Positions 40,479 through 53,200 of a DNA stretch of 64,000 nucleotides are shown here, in pieces; position 1 is the stretch's first letter; every line of letters starts with the position of its first letter. The position numbers and the translations under genes are program-made. The stretch covers positions 124,001-188,000 of the forward strand of contig CATOCA020000002.1 of assembly GCA_951406725.2 (NCBI GenBank), given 5' to 3'. The notes beneath the pieces were generated by a model. It was not told the DNA's origin. It did not search any database and saw only the letters and a list, made by a program, of their open reading frames with translations. This DNA is from Octopus vulgaris (Eukaryota).

Positions 40479-42249
40479 TTTACCCACGTGTGTTGTTATC
40501 TGTGATTAGACGTTGAAATTTTGTTGTGTAAAGTGATTAATATCGCGCGAGGCATTTGCCTCCACGTTTGGAAACCTTCCGAAGAAGGTGAATTGACCCT
40601 CTAGTCATGGCGACTTACGCGGGGGTCACGGGAAAGAATAATAGTGATTTGGCAATAATCGTGAAGGATGTTTTCTTTGAGAAGAGTAAACTCAAAGAAT
40701 ATGAAAAACTATTCAAAAGGGAGGGTGATAGCGTGAAGCTAATCCCCCCGCGAAAGCAAAAGAGGACAAAGAAAACAAGACTGTAACATATAGAACCCAA
40801 GAAAAAAATACAAAGAAACTGGCAAGAGTGGAGATAGCAGAAATTGAAAAATGTCTGGGAGACATAATGGGGAAATCGACCTACGTGAGTAGAGGCAAGA
40901 AATTTGGTACGGTGGAGGTGAGATATGCAACGGAAGAAATTGCAGCCTCACTGGCTACCACTGTACTAAGAGCGGAAACATTTATAATGTGGCCCTCATA
41001 CAAGGGAAGAAGAGGGGTCCGGGTTAAAATCCCGAATATACCCCCAGAAGTAAAAACAGAATGGCTGGCAACAGCTATTCTAGGAGCAGCAGAAGAGGAA
41101 GTGGAGGTGGAATCCTTTAAGGAGTCCAACGTGATAAACTGGAGAGGATATGGGGTGGAACTGTGTTTGATGGCCACAAAAGAGGACATTGAAAGGTTCC
41201 CCTACAGAATAGAAATTGAAGATGAGAAAACCCTCAGTGTAATTGTAGAGGGAAGAAAGCCAAACTGCTACTTGTGCGGGACAAGGGGGCACATTAAAAA
41301 AGAGTGCCCGTTATACGAATTCGTAGCGGAGTGCGAGCAGGAGCTCGAAAAGAAGAATACGGTAAATGAAAAAGAAAACATAGAAAAGGAAACAAAACAA
41401 CAAGAGAAAGGAAATAATAAGTCAATGAAGGAAAAAGAAATAAAAGAAAAGAAAGAAATAGAACCAAAACAGAGTCAGGAAAAGAAAAAGGAAAAAGAAA
41501 CAACAGGAAAAAAACAAGAGAGAGATCAGAACCAAACGAAAAGAAAAGACGGCACACAAAAAGAAAAAGAAAAGGAACATAAAACACGAGAGAAAGATAG
41601 AACAGACAAAGAACCAAAAAGACAAGAGAAGGAAGAGGAAAGAAAAGAAGGCAAAAAGAGAGAAAGAGAGAAACAAAGAGAGGAGAACAAGGAAGAAATA
41701 AGCCCGAAAAGAAAAACGAGGGAAAACGTAGGACGGAAACAAGATCACGGCTTCTACAAGTTAGTAACCTTCCATTTCTGCCCTGAAATGAAAGAATTGA
41801 CAAGTAGTACGGAGGGACATATATGGGTCGACAGGATGACCGATCAGTGGCAGGAGACTGCTCTAATCCCCGAAGAAAGAGTCGCTGAGTTCCTCAGAGC
41901 TGCCGGTGAGAGTGTAACATTTTACACGAGTGTTCGAGTGAGAGAGCGGCTGCCTGAGGGCTCAGTGATAGACTTTAGAGAATTGAAAACTATCATGGAA
42001 TATGTATAGAAATGTGAGAAGAGAGAGAAGAAAGAAGAGAAAAAAGAAAATATTGTGAAATATATGTGACGAAAATGTAACCTCTCGATTCCGGGGATCG
42101 AGTGGGCATTTACATCTCATTGTAAATATTCTTTCATATGTCATTTTTTACTTTTATTTTTTCCTTTTCTTGTCATTCGCTTTCTTATTTTAAGTTCCCC
42201 GATTGTATTGTCCCCTCTATGTTCGCCCCTTGTGGGTAATAATAAAATC
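40479..42249 (+). mobile_element. ORF1-only non-autonomous LINE derivative (HAL1-like), copy 1
   Basis: ATG at 40607, frameshift in a C6 run, ORF ends 42009. RRM-like RGKKFGTVEVR, CCHC knuckle CYLCGTRGHIKKEC and a K/E-rich region; no RT. Bounded by ACATCGAGGAAA. Confidence 0.9.
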
Positions 42250-42261
42250 ACATCGAGGAAA

Positions 42262-43253
42262 TTTACCCACGTGTGTTGTTATCTGTGACTAGACAGTGAA
42301 ATTTTGTTCGGTGTAAATTGATTAATATCGCGCGAGGCGTTTGCCTCCACGTGTGGAAACGTTCCGAAGAAGGTGAATTGACCCTCTAGTCATGGCGACT
42401 TACGCGGGGGTCACGGGAAAAAATAATGATTCGTCGATAATCGTGAAGGATGTTTTCTTTGAGAAGGATAAACTCAAAGAATATGAAAAGCTTTTCAAAA
42501 GGGAGGGTGATAGCGTGAAGCTAATCCCCCCCCCCCCCCCCGCGAAAGCAAAAGAGGACAAAGAAAGCAAGACAGTGACATATAGAACCCAAGACAAAAA
42601 TACGAAGAAGCTGGCTAGAGTGGAGATAGCCGAAATTGAAAAATGTCTGGGAGACATAATGGGGAAATCAACCTACGTGAGTAGAGGCAAGAAATTTGGT
42701 ACGGTGGAGGTGAGATGTGCAACGGAAGAAATTGCAGCCTCACTGGCTACCACTGTACTAAGAGCGGAAAAATTTATAATGTGGCCCTCATACAAGGGAA
42801 GAAGAGGGGTCCGGGTTAAAATCCCGAATATACCCCCAGAAGTGAAAACAGAATGGCTGGCAACAGCTATTCTAGGAGCAGCAGAAGAGGAAGTGGAGGT
42901 GGAATCCTTTAAGGAGTCCAACGCGGTAAACTGGAGAGGATATGGGGTAGAACTGTGTTTGATGGCCACAAAAGAGGACATTGAAAGGTTCCCCTACAGA
43001 ATAGAAATTGAAGATGAAAAAACCCTCAGTGTAATTGTAGAGGGAAGAAAACCAAACTGTTACTTGTGCGGGACAAGGGGGCACATTAAAAAAGAGTGCC
43101 CGTTATACGAATTCGTAGCGGAGTGCGAGCAGGAACCTGAAGAAAAGAAGAATACGGTAAATGAAAAAGAAAACATAGAAAAGGAAACAAAACAACAAGA
43201 GAAAGGAAATAATAAGTCAATGAAGGAAAAAGAAATAAAAGAAAAGAAAGAAA
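42262..43253 (+). mobile_element. ORF1-only element copy 2, 3'-truncated
   Basis: ORF from ATG 42392 is in frame through a C16 run. It is cut at gaaagaaa|tttaccc where copy 3 begins. Confidence 0.9.
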
Positions 43254-45003
43254 TTTACCCACGTGTGTTGTTATCTGTGACTAGACAGTGAAATTTTGTT
43301 CGGTGTAAATTGATTAATATCGCGCGAGGCGTTTGCCTCCACGTGTGGAAATGTTCTGAAGAAGGTGAATTGACCCTCTACGGGAAAAAATAATGATTCG
43401 TCGATAATCGTGAAGGATGTTTTCTTTGAGAAGGATAAACTCAAAGAATATGAAAAGCTTTTCAAAAGGGAGGGTGATAGCGTGAAGCTAATCCCCCCCC
43501 GCGAAAGCAAAAGAGGACAAAGAAAGCAAGACAGTGACATATAGAATCCAAGACAAAAATACGAAGAAGCTGGCTAGAGTGGAGATAGCCGAAATTGAAA
43601 AATGTCTGGGAGACATAATGGGGAAATCAACCTATGTGAGTAGAGGCAAGAAATTTGGTACGGTGGAGGTGAGATGTGCAACGGAAGAAATTGCAGCCTC
43701 ACTGGCTACCACTGTACTAAGAGCGGAAAAATTTATAATGTGGCCCTCATACAAGGGAAGAAGAGGGGTCCGGGTTAAAATCCCGAATATACCCCCAGAA
43801 GTGAAAACAGAATGGCTGGCAACAGCTATTCTAGGAGCAGCAGAAGAGGAAGTGGAGGTGGAATCCTTTAAGGAGTCCAACGCGGTAAACTGGAGAGGAT
43901 ATGGGGTAGAACTGTGTTTGATGGCCACAAAAGAGGACATTGAAAGGTTCCCCTACAGAATAGAAATTGAAGATGAAAAAACCCTCAATGTAATTGTAGA
44001 GGGAAGAAAACCAAACTGTTACTTGTGCGGGACAAGGGGGCACATTAAAAAAGAGTGCCCGTTATACGAATTCGTAGCGGAATGCGAGCAGGAACTTGAA
44101 GAAAAGAAGAATACGGTAAATGAAAAAGAAAACATAGAAAAGGAAACAAAACAACAAGAGAAAGGAAATAATAAGTCAATGAAGGAAAAAGAAATAAAAG
44201 AAAAGAAAGAAATAGAACCAAAACAGAGTCAGGAAAAAAAAAAGGAAAAAGAAACAACAGGAAAAAAACAAGAGAGAGATCAGAATCAAACGAAAAGAAA
44301 AGACGGCACACAAAAAGAAAAAGAAAAGGAACATAAAACACGAGAGAAAGAGAGAACAGACAAAGAACCAAAAAGACAAGAGAAGGAAGGAGAAAGAAAA
44401 GAAGGCAAAAAGAGAGAAAGAGAGAAACAAAGAGAGGAGAACAAGGAAGAAATAAGCCCGAAAAGAAAAATGAAGGAAAACGTAGGACGGAAACAAGATT
44501 ACTGCTTCTACAAGTTAGTAACCTTCCATTTCTGCCCTGAAATGAAAGACTTGACATGTAATACGGAGGGACATATATGGGTCAACAGGATGACCGATCA
44601 GTGGCAGGAGACTGCTCTAATCCCCGAAGAAAGAGTCGCTGAGTTCCTCAGAGCTGCCGGAGAGAGTGTAATATTTTACACGAGTGTTCGAGTGAGAGAG
44701 CGGCTGCCTGAGGGCTCAGTGATGGACTTTAGAGAATTGAAAGCTATTATGGAATATGTATAGAATTGTGAGAACAGAGAGAAGAAAGAAGAGAAAAAAG
44801 AAAATTTTGTGAAATATATGTGACGAAAATGTAACCTCTCGATTCCGGGGATCGAGTGGGCATTTACATCTCATTGTAAATATTCTTTCATATGTCATTT
44901 TTTACTTTTATTTTTTCCTTTTCTTGTCATTCGCTTTCTTATTTTAAGTTCCCCGATTGTATTGTCCCATCTATGTTCGCCCCTTGTGGGTAGTAATAAA
45001 ATC
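43254..45003 (+). mobile_element. ORF1-only element copy 3
   Basis: ORF 43534-44763. A ~25-bp deletion near 43380 removes the ATG. Full 3' terminus present. Confidence 0.9.
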
Positions 45004-45015
45004 ACATCGAGGAAA

Positions 45016-48000
45016 TCAATTTTTTGCGTTATTAGTAAGTTGATATATATTTTTGCTCTCGTACTATTATCTCTGTTATTATATACTGTTGGTCTACCTG
45101 TTTTGTCTATTGTTGTCTAACTGACGAAGTCAGCCTTCGCGCGAAGACTTCGCGTTGGTGTTCCCCCCTCAGTGGGGGAAAACTACAATTAATTTGGATT
45201 TACCAAAGGCTTGTTAAAGCCATTTGTTCAAGATGGAGTCCCCCATCTCTTATTCGCCCGTGACGAGCGAGGATGAATACCCGGCGTTGTCGCCAGGAAA
45301 AAAAGAGGCGTTGTCGCCAAGAAAAAAAGAGGCGTTGTCGCCGAAGAAAAAAGAGGCGGCGTCGCCCAAGAAAATGGAAAAACCAGTACCAGCATCAACT
45401 CCAGCAAAAAAATTCGCTGAAGTGGCTGGGAAAAAGATCAAAAAATAAATATAGAAAATTTTGGAAAATTTGCAGACTGTGTTAAAAAAGAAGGCACAGA
45501 AGTGACTGTGGCCACAAATATACAAAAACATGACGAGATAGAAAAAAAAAGAATAATATTTAAAACTTACGACACAACGACAAAAATGATACAAAAAATC
45601 GAAGAAAAAAAATAGAGTATTGTCTAAAACCTTTTATGGATAAAATAACGTATATAAACAGAGGAAAAAGATACGGCACAGTGGAGGTGCGTTTTACTAC
45701 GGAGGAGATAGCGAAGAAAATATCAATGGAGCCGATCAAAGCGGAAAACATTGTCTTACTACCATTGTATAAAGGAAAAAGGACGTCGAAAATTTCAATG
45801 AACAACATACCGCCAGAGGCAGATGCTGAATGCCTAGTGGCAGCAGTGATGGTAGGTCTGGAGGAAAAAATAAACATCCTCCAGGCCACAGTGGAGGAAG
45901 AGGAGTTCTGGAAAGGGCAGAAAATAGTGATAGCCATTCAGGCAGAAGTGCAAACCCTGGAAGAGATCCCAGAGACTCTTAGGATAAGCGAAGATGAAAG
46001 AGTCACAGTCTTCGTAGAGGGCAGAAAGCCGAGGTGCTTCGGCTGCGGTAAGAAGGGGCATGTAAGGGCGGAATGCCAGCCCCAACCCAAACCGCAGGAA
46101 GCACCTAAGCCAAAAGAAAAAGAAGACAATGTGTCACCAGAAGCAGCGTCAGACGGCCCAGAAGGGAAGACTGAAGGTGTGGAGGTGAGTGACAGCAGAA
46201 CCAGCGGCGGAGGAAAAAAAGAGCGAGGAAAAGATAAATGAGGAGGGGTGGGCAAAAATTATCGGAAAAAAAAAAAGAAAAACGGAAACCACCCCTCCCA
46301 GAGTAATTTTAAAAAAGAAAAAAGAGTCAATAAACTCATATATGGCCGTAAAAGCATCAAATAGCAGACTCGGAAACGTGTTGGCAGCCATGGCCAAAGT
46401 GAAGAAAGTAGAGAAAAAAAATGACTTTGTAATTTACAGAATAGACCGGAAGGATTACGGGCGGATAAAGTCAGAATTCTTCCATGACGTAGGCCCACTT
46501 AGGTTGGATGTGACATCTCCACATATATTCGAGGGCCTACGTCAGACTCCCCCACGAGGCCCAGAAAAAGAGTTAGAGAAGAAGAAAAACCGAACCACTG
46601 ATATAAAGGTAAGTAATGGATTACATTTATGTTGGTTGTTTAAATGTGCGCGGCCTGGGAGCAGGCTGGAAGCAAGGTCGCTTCCTGCATGATATCAGGT
46701 CGCGTAATTTAGATGTTATTGTTGCTACAGAAACCCGGTTAGAGGGGCCAAGAGGTCTACTCCCGCTGTTTGACGGCTACGAGAGTTTTTTCTCTCCTGG
46801 CAGTCCTACAGGCGGGAGTGGGGTGTTGGTCCTATTAAAAAGAAACCGGGTTTCTGAGAAAAAGTTAATTTTTGCAGATCCAGAAGGTAGGCTGGTCGTC
46901 ATGGATTTGACGTTCAGTAATGGTAAAGTTATCAGACTGGTTGCAATTTACGCACCCAACCATACAGGGCAAAGTGATTATTTTCGTGAACTAGAAAACT
47001 TTCTTGGTACTTCGCATTCATTAGTGGTGCTAGGAGACTTTAACACAATTTGCAAAGCGGATGTAGATTATGTTGGCTCGTGTCCAGACAGAAAAGGCAA
47101 CAGTGGCTTCATGGAACTGCTAAGCCGCTTTGAGCTAGCAGATCCTTATAGGCTGGAATTTCCGAACGCTCCATTGTGGACATGGTCAGACAGCGACGGA
47201 TCTTCCAGGTCATATTTAGATAGAATACTAATTAGAAAAGTAGACAGTAAAATAGCTAAGTGTCCACAGTTTTACCCGATCAGCTACAGTGATCATAAAA
47301 TGGTCACTTGTAAGCTTGACATAGATAAGGTTAAAAATAGAGGATCCGGTTACTGGAAACTTAATACGTCCCTTTTGGCGATTAAGGAGTACAAAGACCG
47401 GATTAGGAATATAATTCAGAGGGCACTATCTGGTACCATCATTAATAACAAATGGTGGTACGCCCTCAAACGAGCCATCAAGTTTGAGTCTATTAGATAT
47501 AGCATAGGAGTAGTGGCTAGAGAGGCTAGAAGGGAAACTACTCTAGTTAAGGAATTAGAGGAAGCCATGAAAACTGGCTCTGCGGCTCAGGTGGCGTCCA
47601 AGAGACTGGTGTTAAACCAGCACCTCGAGGCCAAACACATGGGCAGCATTGTCAGGGCTAGAATCCGCCATATGGGATGTGAAGGAATCAACGCCGTGAG
47701 ATGGGCCCGAGTGGTGGAAGCTCAGCATGGTAACGATGCCACGATTCGATCTTTGCCGAACCAACAAGGTGAGTTGATAAACGAACCCGAGGAGATGTGT
47801 GAGGCCTTTCAGGAGCACTTCGCTCAGCTTTTCGGTGAGTGCGGCGGGCTGGATAGGAAGAGGGCCTTTACGGACCTACTCGACGGTCTGCCGCGCTTAT
47901 CGCGGCGAGATACGGAGGGCTGTGAAGGTCCAATCACGCCTGAGGAGGTGGTTGAGGCAATGGCGGACTGCGGCGCGGGCAAGGTGCCGGGTTTGGATGG

Positions 48001-50259
48001 TCTACCCTATGAGTTATATAAGAGTATGCCAGACTTGTTCGGGCACCTACTGGCGGAGGTCTATGCGAACTGGCAGCAGAACGGGCTTATACCCAGATCT
48101 GTGCGCCGGGGAGTAGTGACTCTCGTCAGAAAGGACCCGAGCAAGGGGGAGTGTATTGATAATTTCAGGCCCATCACTCTGCTAAACACAGAGTTGAAGA
48201 TTTTGGCCAAAGTGTTATCGAAAAGATTGGCCGCGTGTCGCGGATGGTCTGATCGGAGGGGCACAGACATGTGCCGTTCCGGGCAGATCCATTCAGGATA
48301 ATCTCCATCTAATGCGGTACACTATAGAGGGGTTTAATAGTGATTCTGGCAAGGGTGGGGCACTGGTCCATTTAGACCAATCTAAAGCTTTTGATAGGGT
48401 CGACCATCGTTACCTGGTATCTGCCCTGGCACAGTTCGGGCTGAGCCTTGGATTCCTCAGGTGGATTATCCAAATTTATGATAACATCGACTCGGTAGTT
48501 CGGGTGAACGGCTTCTTGTCGAAGCCGTTCAAAATCAAACGCTCGGTTCGTCAAGGGTGTCCGCTCTCCCCGCTTTTGTACGTGATGGCTCTTGAGCCAT
48601 TACTGCGAAAACTGAGCGGCATCCCGAGACAGCCAGGTAATGGAAAATCAGTGTCAGCGTACGCGGATGACATCACCATCATCGTAACCGAAATGGACCA
48701 CCTATGTAAAGTAGGCAAGGCCATAGAGGTGTACGAGACGGTGACAGGAGCAAAAGTTAATCGCGAAAAGTCAGTCGGCTTGCAACTCGGCACCTGGAGA
48801 GGCAAGTCGATGCCTCCTGACAGCGTCGTGGGACGTTGGACGGAGGGTCCGATTAAACTGCTAGGGGTCTGGTTCGGTCCAGACCTCCAAATAGAGAAGA
48901 ATTGGGGCGAGGTAACGAGCAAGGTGGCTGCAGTAGCCAAGACCTGGTCTTGGCGGTGGCTATCCCTGAAAGGGAGGGCGGAGGTGGCCAATGTGTTTAT
49001 CGCATCGGTTATCACCTACCGCCTTTCCGTCGTTCCTTGCCCTGATTCGTGGTTGATCAAGTTGGAAAGACAGCTCTTCTACTTCTTGTGGAAGGGCGGG
49101 AAACCACTTGTGAAACGCTCTACTTGCTGTCAACAACCGTTAAAGGGTGGGCTAGGGATGCCTTGGCTGATGATGCGCAGACATGCGCTGAGGTTAAGAC
49201 ATCTGTGGCTCTACCTGGATGGTGAACGGGTGTGGTCTTCGCTAGCAAAACTGATGTTTCCCAAGTTCACTAGTTTCGGTGGATGGGAAACCTGGCTGAA
49301 TCGTAGATCGAAACTTGGTACTTGGTACACGGAGTGTCGCAAGGCTCTCCTGCTATTCCGTCGCTCGGGCAACGCCTGCGGTGGGGGTTCCACCCACATT
49401 CTTCTATAGAGGGTTGGTAGAGGCGGAATGTGAAGATACCTTGGGGGAAACCCTGGGTCTCGACGATAATCAGCTGGCCAGTCTGTTCCGACGTACGTTC
49501 GAGCCGAGGACACCGGACAACTTCCAGAAGTCTCTGGCATGGCAATGCTACAGAGGAGCTCTACCTGTTCGGGATAAACTCGCAAGGCACGGTGGCCAAG
49601 ACAGTCCGATATGTCCAAGATGCGGGCGGGATAGGGAAACCGTCCCGCACGCTATTGTTCATTGTCCGGACGTGTCTGAGGTGTGGGTTTATGCCGAACA
49701 CCTGTTGTCAGGTACACGAAGAGTACAGCTGTCGACTGAGTCGATTACAAAAATTGACCCACCGGATTTCCTCGTGAATGAAGGTAAGTTTCGTTTTCTC
49801 GTTGTAGTAGCAATCGCGAAAGAGGTGATATGGAAGACGAGAATGAAAGGTTTACAGTCAGGCAAGTTCATCTCCGGCCCTGGTTTGATGAATTATTTCA
49901 TCTTTCACCTGAAAAGGAAGATAGGGCTGGAGAGAATATGCCTGACTAGGAGAGTGTATGAAGAACGATGGAAGGATGTAGCACGAAAGTTGCGAGTGAA
50001 AGACACAACATAAATGTAATACCAAGCGCAACCAAAAGTATCAGTGGGGAGGCGGGGCTCGTGGGGTCCGAGCTAAACCCGCACCCACTCCACCCGTAAT
50101 GTTTTCCGGTCTGTCCCATCATCCGATTTCTGTCCATTTATTGTAATTCATGAAAATTTTTAAATTCGATTTATTGTAAAAACCCATTCGTGTGTCTGAC
50201 CCCATCATCAGATTGTATTGTCCCATCTATGTTCGCCCCTTGTGGGTAATAATAAAACA
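45016..50259 (+). mobile_element. Full-length Tx1/L1-group LINE, copy 1
   Basis: ORF1 from 45233 with CCHC CFGCGKKGHVRAEC and frameshifts. ORF2 46616-50013 has frameshifts near 48231 and 49393. Confidence 0.95.
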
Positions 50260-50271
50260 ACATCGAGGAAA

Positions 50272-53200
50272 TCAATTTTTTGCGTTATTAGTAAGTTGAT
50301 ATATATTTTTGCTCTTGTACTATTATCTCTGTTATTATATACTGTTGGTCTACCTGTTTTGTCTATTGTTGTCTAACTGACGAAGTCAGCCTTCGCGCGA
50401 AGACTTCGCGTTGGTGTTCCCCCCTCCGTGGGGGAAAACTACAATTAATTTGGATTTACCAAAGGCTTGTTAAAGCCATTCGTTCAAGATGGAGTCCCCC
50501 ATCTCTTATTCGCCCGTGACGAGCGAGGATGAATACCCGGCGTTGTCGCCAGGAAAAAAAGAGGCGTTGTCGCCAAGAAAAAAAGAGGCGCTGTCGCCGA
50601 AGAAAAAAGAGGCGGCGTCGCCCAAGAAAATGGTAAAACCAGTACCAGCATCAACTCCAGCAAAAAAATTCGCTGAAGTGGCTGGGAAAAAAATTAAAAA
50701 AATTAACGTGGACAACCTGGGAAAATTTGCAGACTGTGTAAAAAAAGAAGGCACAGAAGTGACTGTGGCCACAAACTTACAAAAACATGACGAGATAGAA
50801 AAAAAAAGAATAATATATAAAACTTACGACACAACGACAAGAATGATCCAAACAATCGAAGAAAAAAAGTAGAGTTTTGTCTAAAACCTTTTATGGATAA
50901 AATAACGTATATAAACAGAGGAAAAAGATACGGCACAGTGGAGGTGCGTTTTACTACGGAGGAGACAGCGAAGAAACTATCAATGGAGCCAATCAAAGCG
51001 GAAAACATTGTCTTACTACCATTGTATAAAGGAAAAAGGACGTCGAAAATTTCAATGAACAACATACCGCCAGAGGCAGATGCTGAATGTCTGGTGGCAG
51101 CAGTGATGGTAGGCCTGGAGGAAAAAATAAACATCCTCCAGGCCACAGTGGAGGAAGAGGAGTTTTGGAAAGGGCAAAAAATAGTGATAGCCATTCAGGC
51201 GGAGGTGCAAACACTGGAAGAAATTCCAGAAACGGTAAAGATTAGTGAAGACGAGAAAATAACAGTTTTCGTGGAGGGCAGGAAGCCGAGGTGCTTCGGC
51301 TGCGGTAAGAAGGGGCATGTAAGGGCGGAATGCCACCCCAACCCAAACCGCAGGAAGCACCTAAGCCAAAAGGAAAAAGAAGACAATGTGTCACCAGAAG
51401 CAGCGTCAGACGGCCCAGAAGGGAAGACTGAAGGTGTGGAGGTGATGGTAACAGCAGAACCAGCGGCGGAGGAAAAAAAGAGCGAGGAAAAGATAAATGA
51501 GGAGGGGTGGGCAAAAATTATCGGAAAAAAAAAAAGAAAAACGGAAACCACCCCTCCCAGAGTAATTTTAAAAAAGAAAAAAGAGTCAATGAACTCATAT
51601 ATGGCCGTAAAAGCATCAAATAGCAGACTCGGAAACGTGTTGGCAGCCATGGCCAAAGTGAAGAAAGTAGAGAAAAAAATGACTTTGTAATTTACAGAAT
51701 AGACCGGAAGGATTACGGGCGGATAAAGTCAGAATTCTTCCATGACGTAGGCCCACTTAGATTGGATGTGACATCTCCACATATATTCGAGGGCCTACGT
51801 CAGACTCCCCCATGAGGCCCAGAAAAAAAAGAGTTAGAAGAACAAGAGAAAACCGAACCACTGATATAAGGTAAGTAATGGATTACATTTATGTTGGTTG
51901 TTTAAATGTGCGCGGCCTGGGAGCAGGCTGGAAGCAAGGTCGCTTCCTGCATGATATCAGGTCGCGTAATTTAGATGTTATTGTTGCTACAGAAACCCGG
52001 TTAGAGGGGCCAAGAGGTCTACTCCCGCTGTTTGACGGCTACGAGAGTTTTTTCTCTCCTGGCAGTCCTACAGGCGGGAGTGGGGTGTTGGTCCTATTAA
52101 AAAGAAACCGGGTTTCTGAGAAAAAGTTAATTTTTGCAGATCCAGAAGGTAGGCTGGTCGTCATGGATTTGACGTTCAGTAATGGTAAAGTTATCAGACT
52201 GGTTGCAATTTACGCACCCAACCATACAGGGCAAAGTGATTATTTTCGTGAACTAGAAAACTTTCTTGGTACTTCGCATTCATTAGTGGTGCTAGGAGAC
52301 TTTAACACAATTTGCAAAGCGGATGTAGATTGTGTTGGCTTGCGTCCAGATAGAAAAGGCTTCATGGAACTGCTAAGCTGCTTTGAGCTAGCAGATCCTT
52401 ATAGGCTGGAATTTCCGAACGCTCCATTGTGGACATGGTCAAACAGCGACGGATCTTCCAGGTCATATTTAGATAGAATACTAATTAGAAAAGTAGACAG
52501 TAAAATAGCTAAGTGTCCACAGTTTTACCCGATCAGCTACAGTGATCATAAAATGGTCACTTGTAAGCTTGACATAGATAAGGTTAAAAATAGAGGATCC
52601 GGTTACTGGAAACTTAATACGTCCCTTTTGGCGATTAAGGAGTACAAAGACCGGATTAGGAATATAATTCAGAGGGCACTATCTGGTACCATCATTAATA
52701 ACAAATGGTGGTACGCCCTCAAACGAGCCATCAAGTTTGAGTCTATTAGATATAGCATAGGAGTAGTGGCTAGAGAGGCTAGAAGGGAAACTACTCTAGT
52801 TAAGGAATTAGAGGAAGCCATGAAAACTGGCTCTGCGGCTCAGGTGGCGTCCAAGAGACTGGTGTTAAACCAGCACCTCGAGGCCAAACACATGGGCTGC
52901 ATTGTCAGGGCTAGAATCCGTCATATGGGATGTGAAGGAATCAACGCCGTGAGATGGGCCCGAGTGGTGGAAGCTCAGCATGGTAACGATGCCACGATTC
53001 GATCTTTGCCGAACCAACAAGGTGAGTTGATAAACGAACCCGAGGAGATGTGTGAGGCCTTTCAGGAGCACTTCGCTCAGCTTTTCGGTGAGTGCGGCGG
53101 ACTGGATAGGAGGAGGGCCTTTACGGACCTACTCGACGGGCTGCCGCGCTTATCGCGGCGAGATGCGGAGGGCTGTGAAGGGCCAATCACGCTTGAGGAG

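Noticed and set aside
41294-41803. Hydrophobic F/L-rich minus-strand ORFs (also 44045-44557)
   Set aside because: Antisense shadow of the A-rich K/E tract of ORF1.
46600-46625. TAATG stop-start coupling or a ggtaag splice donor between ORF1 and ORF2
   Set aside because: The ORF1 terminal frame differs among copies because of indels, so it cannot be established.
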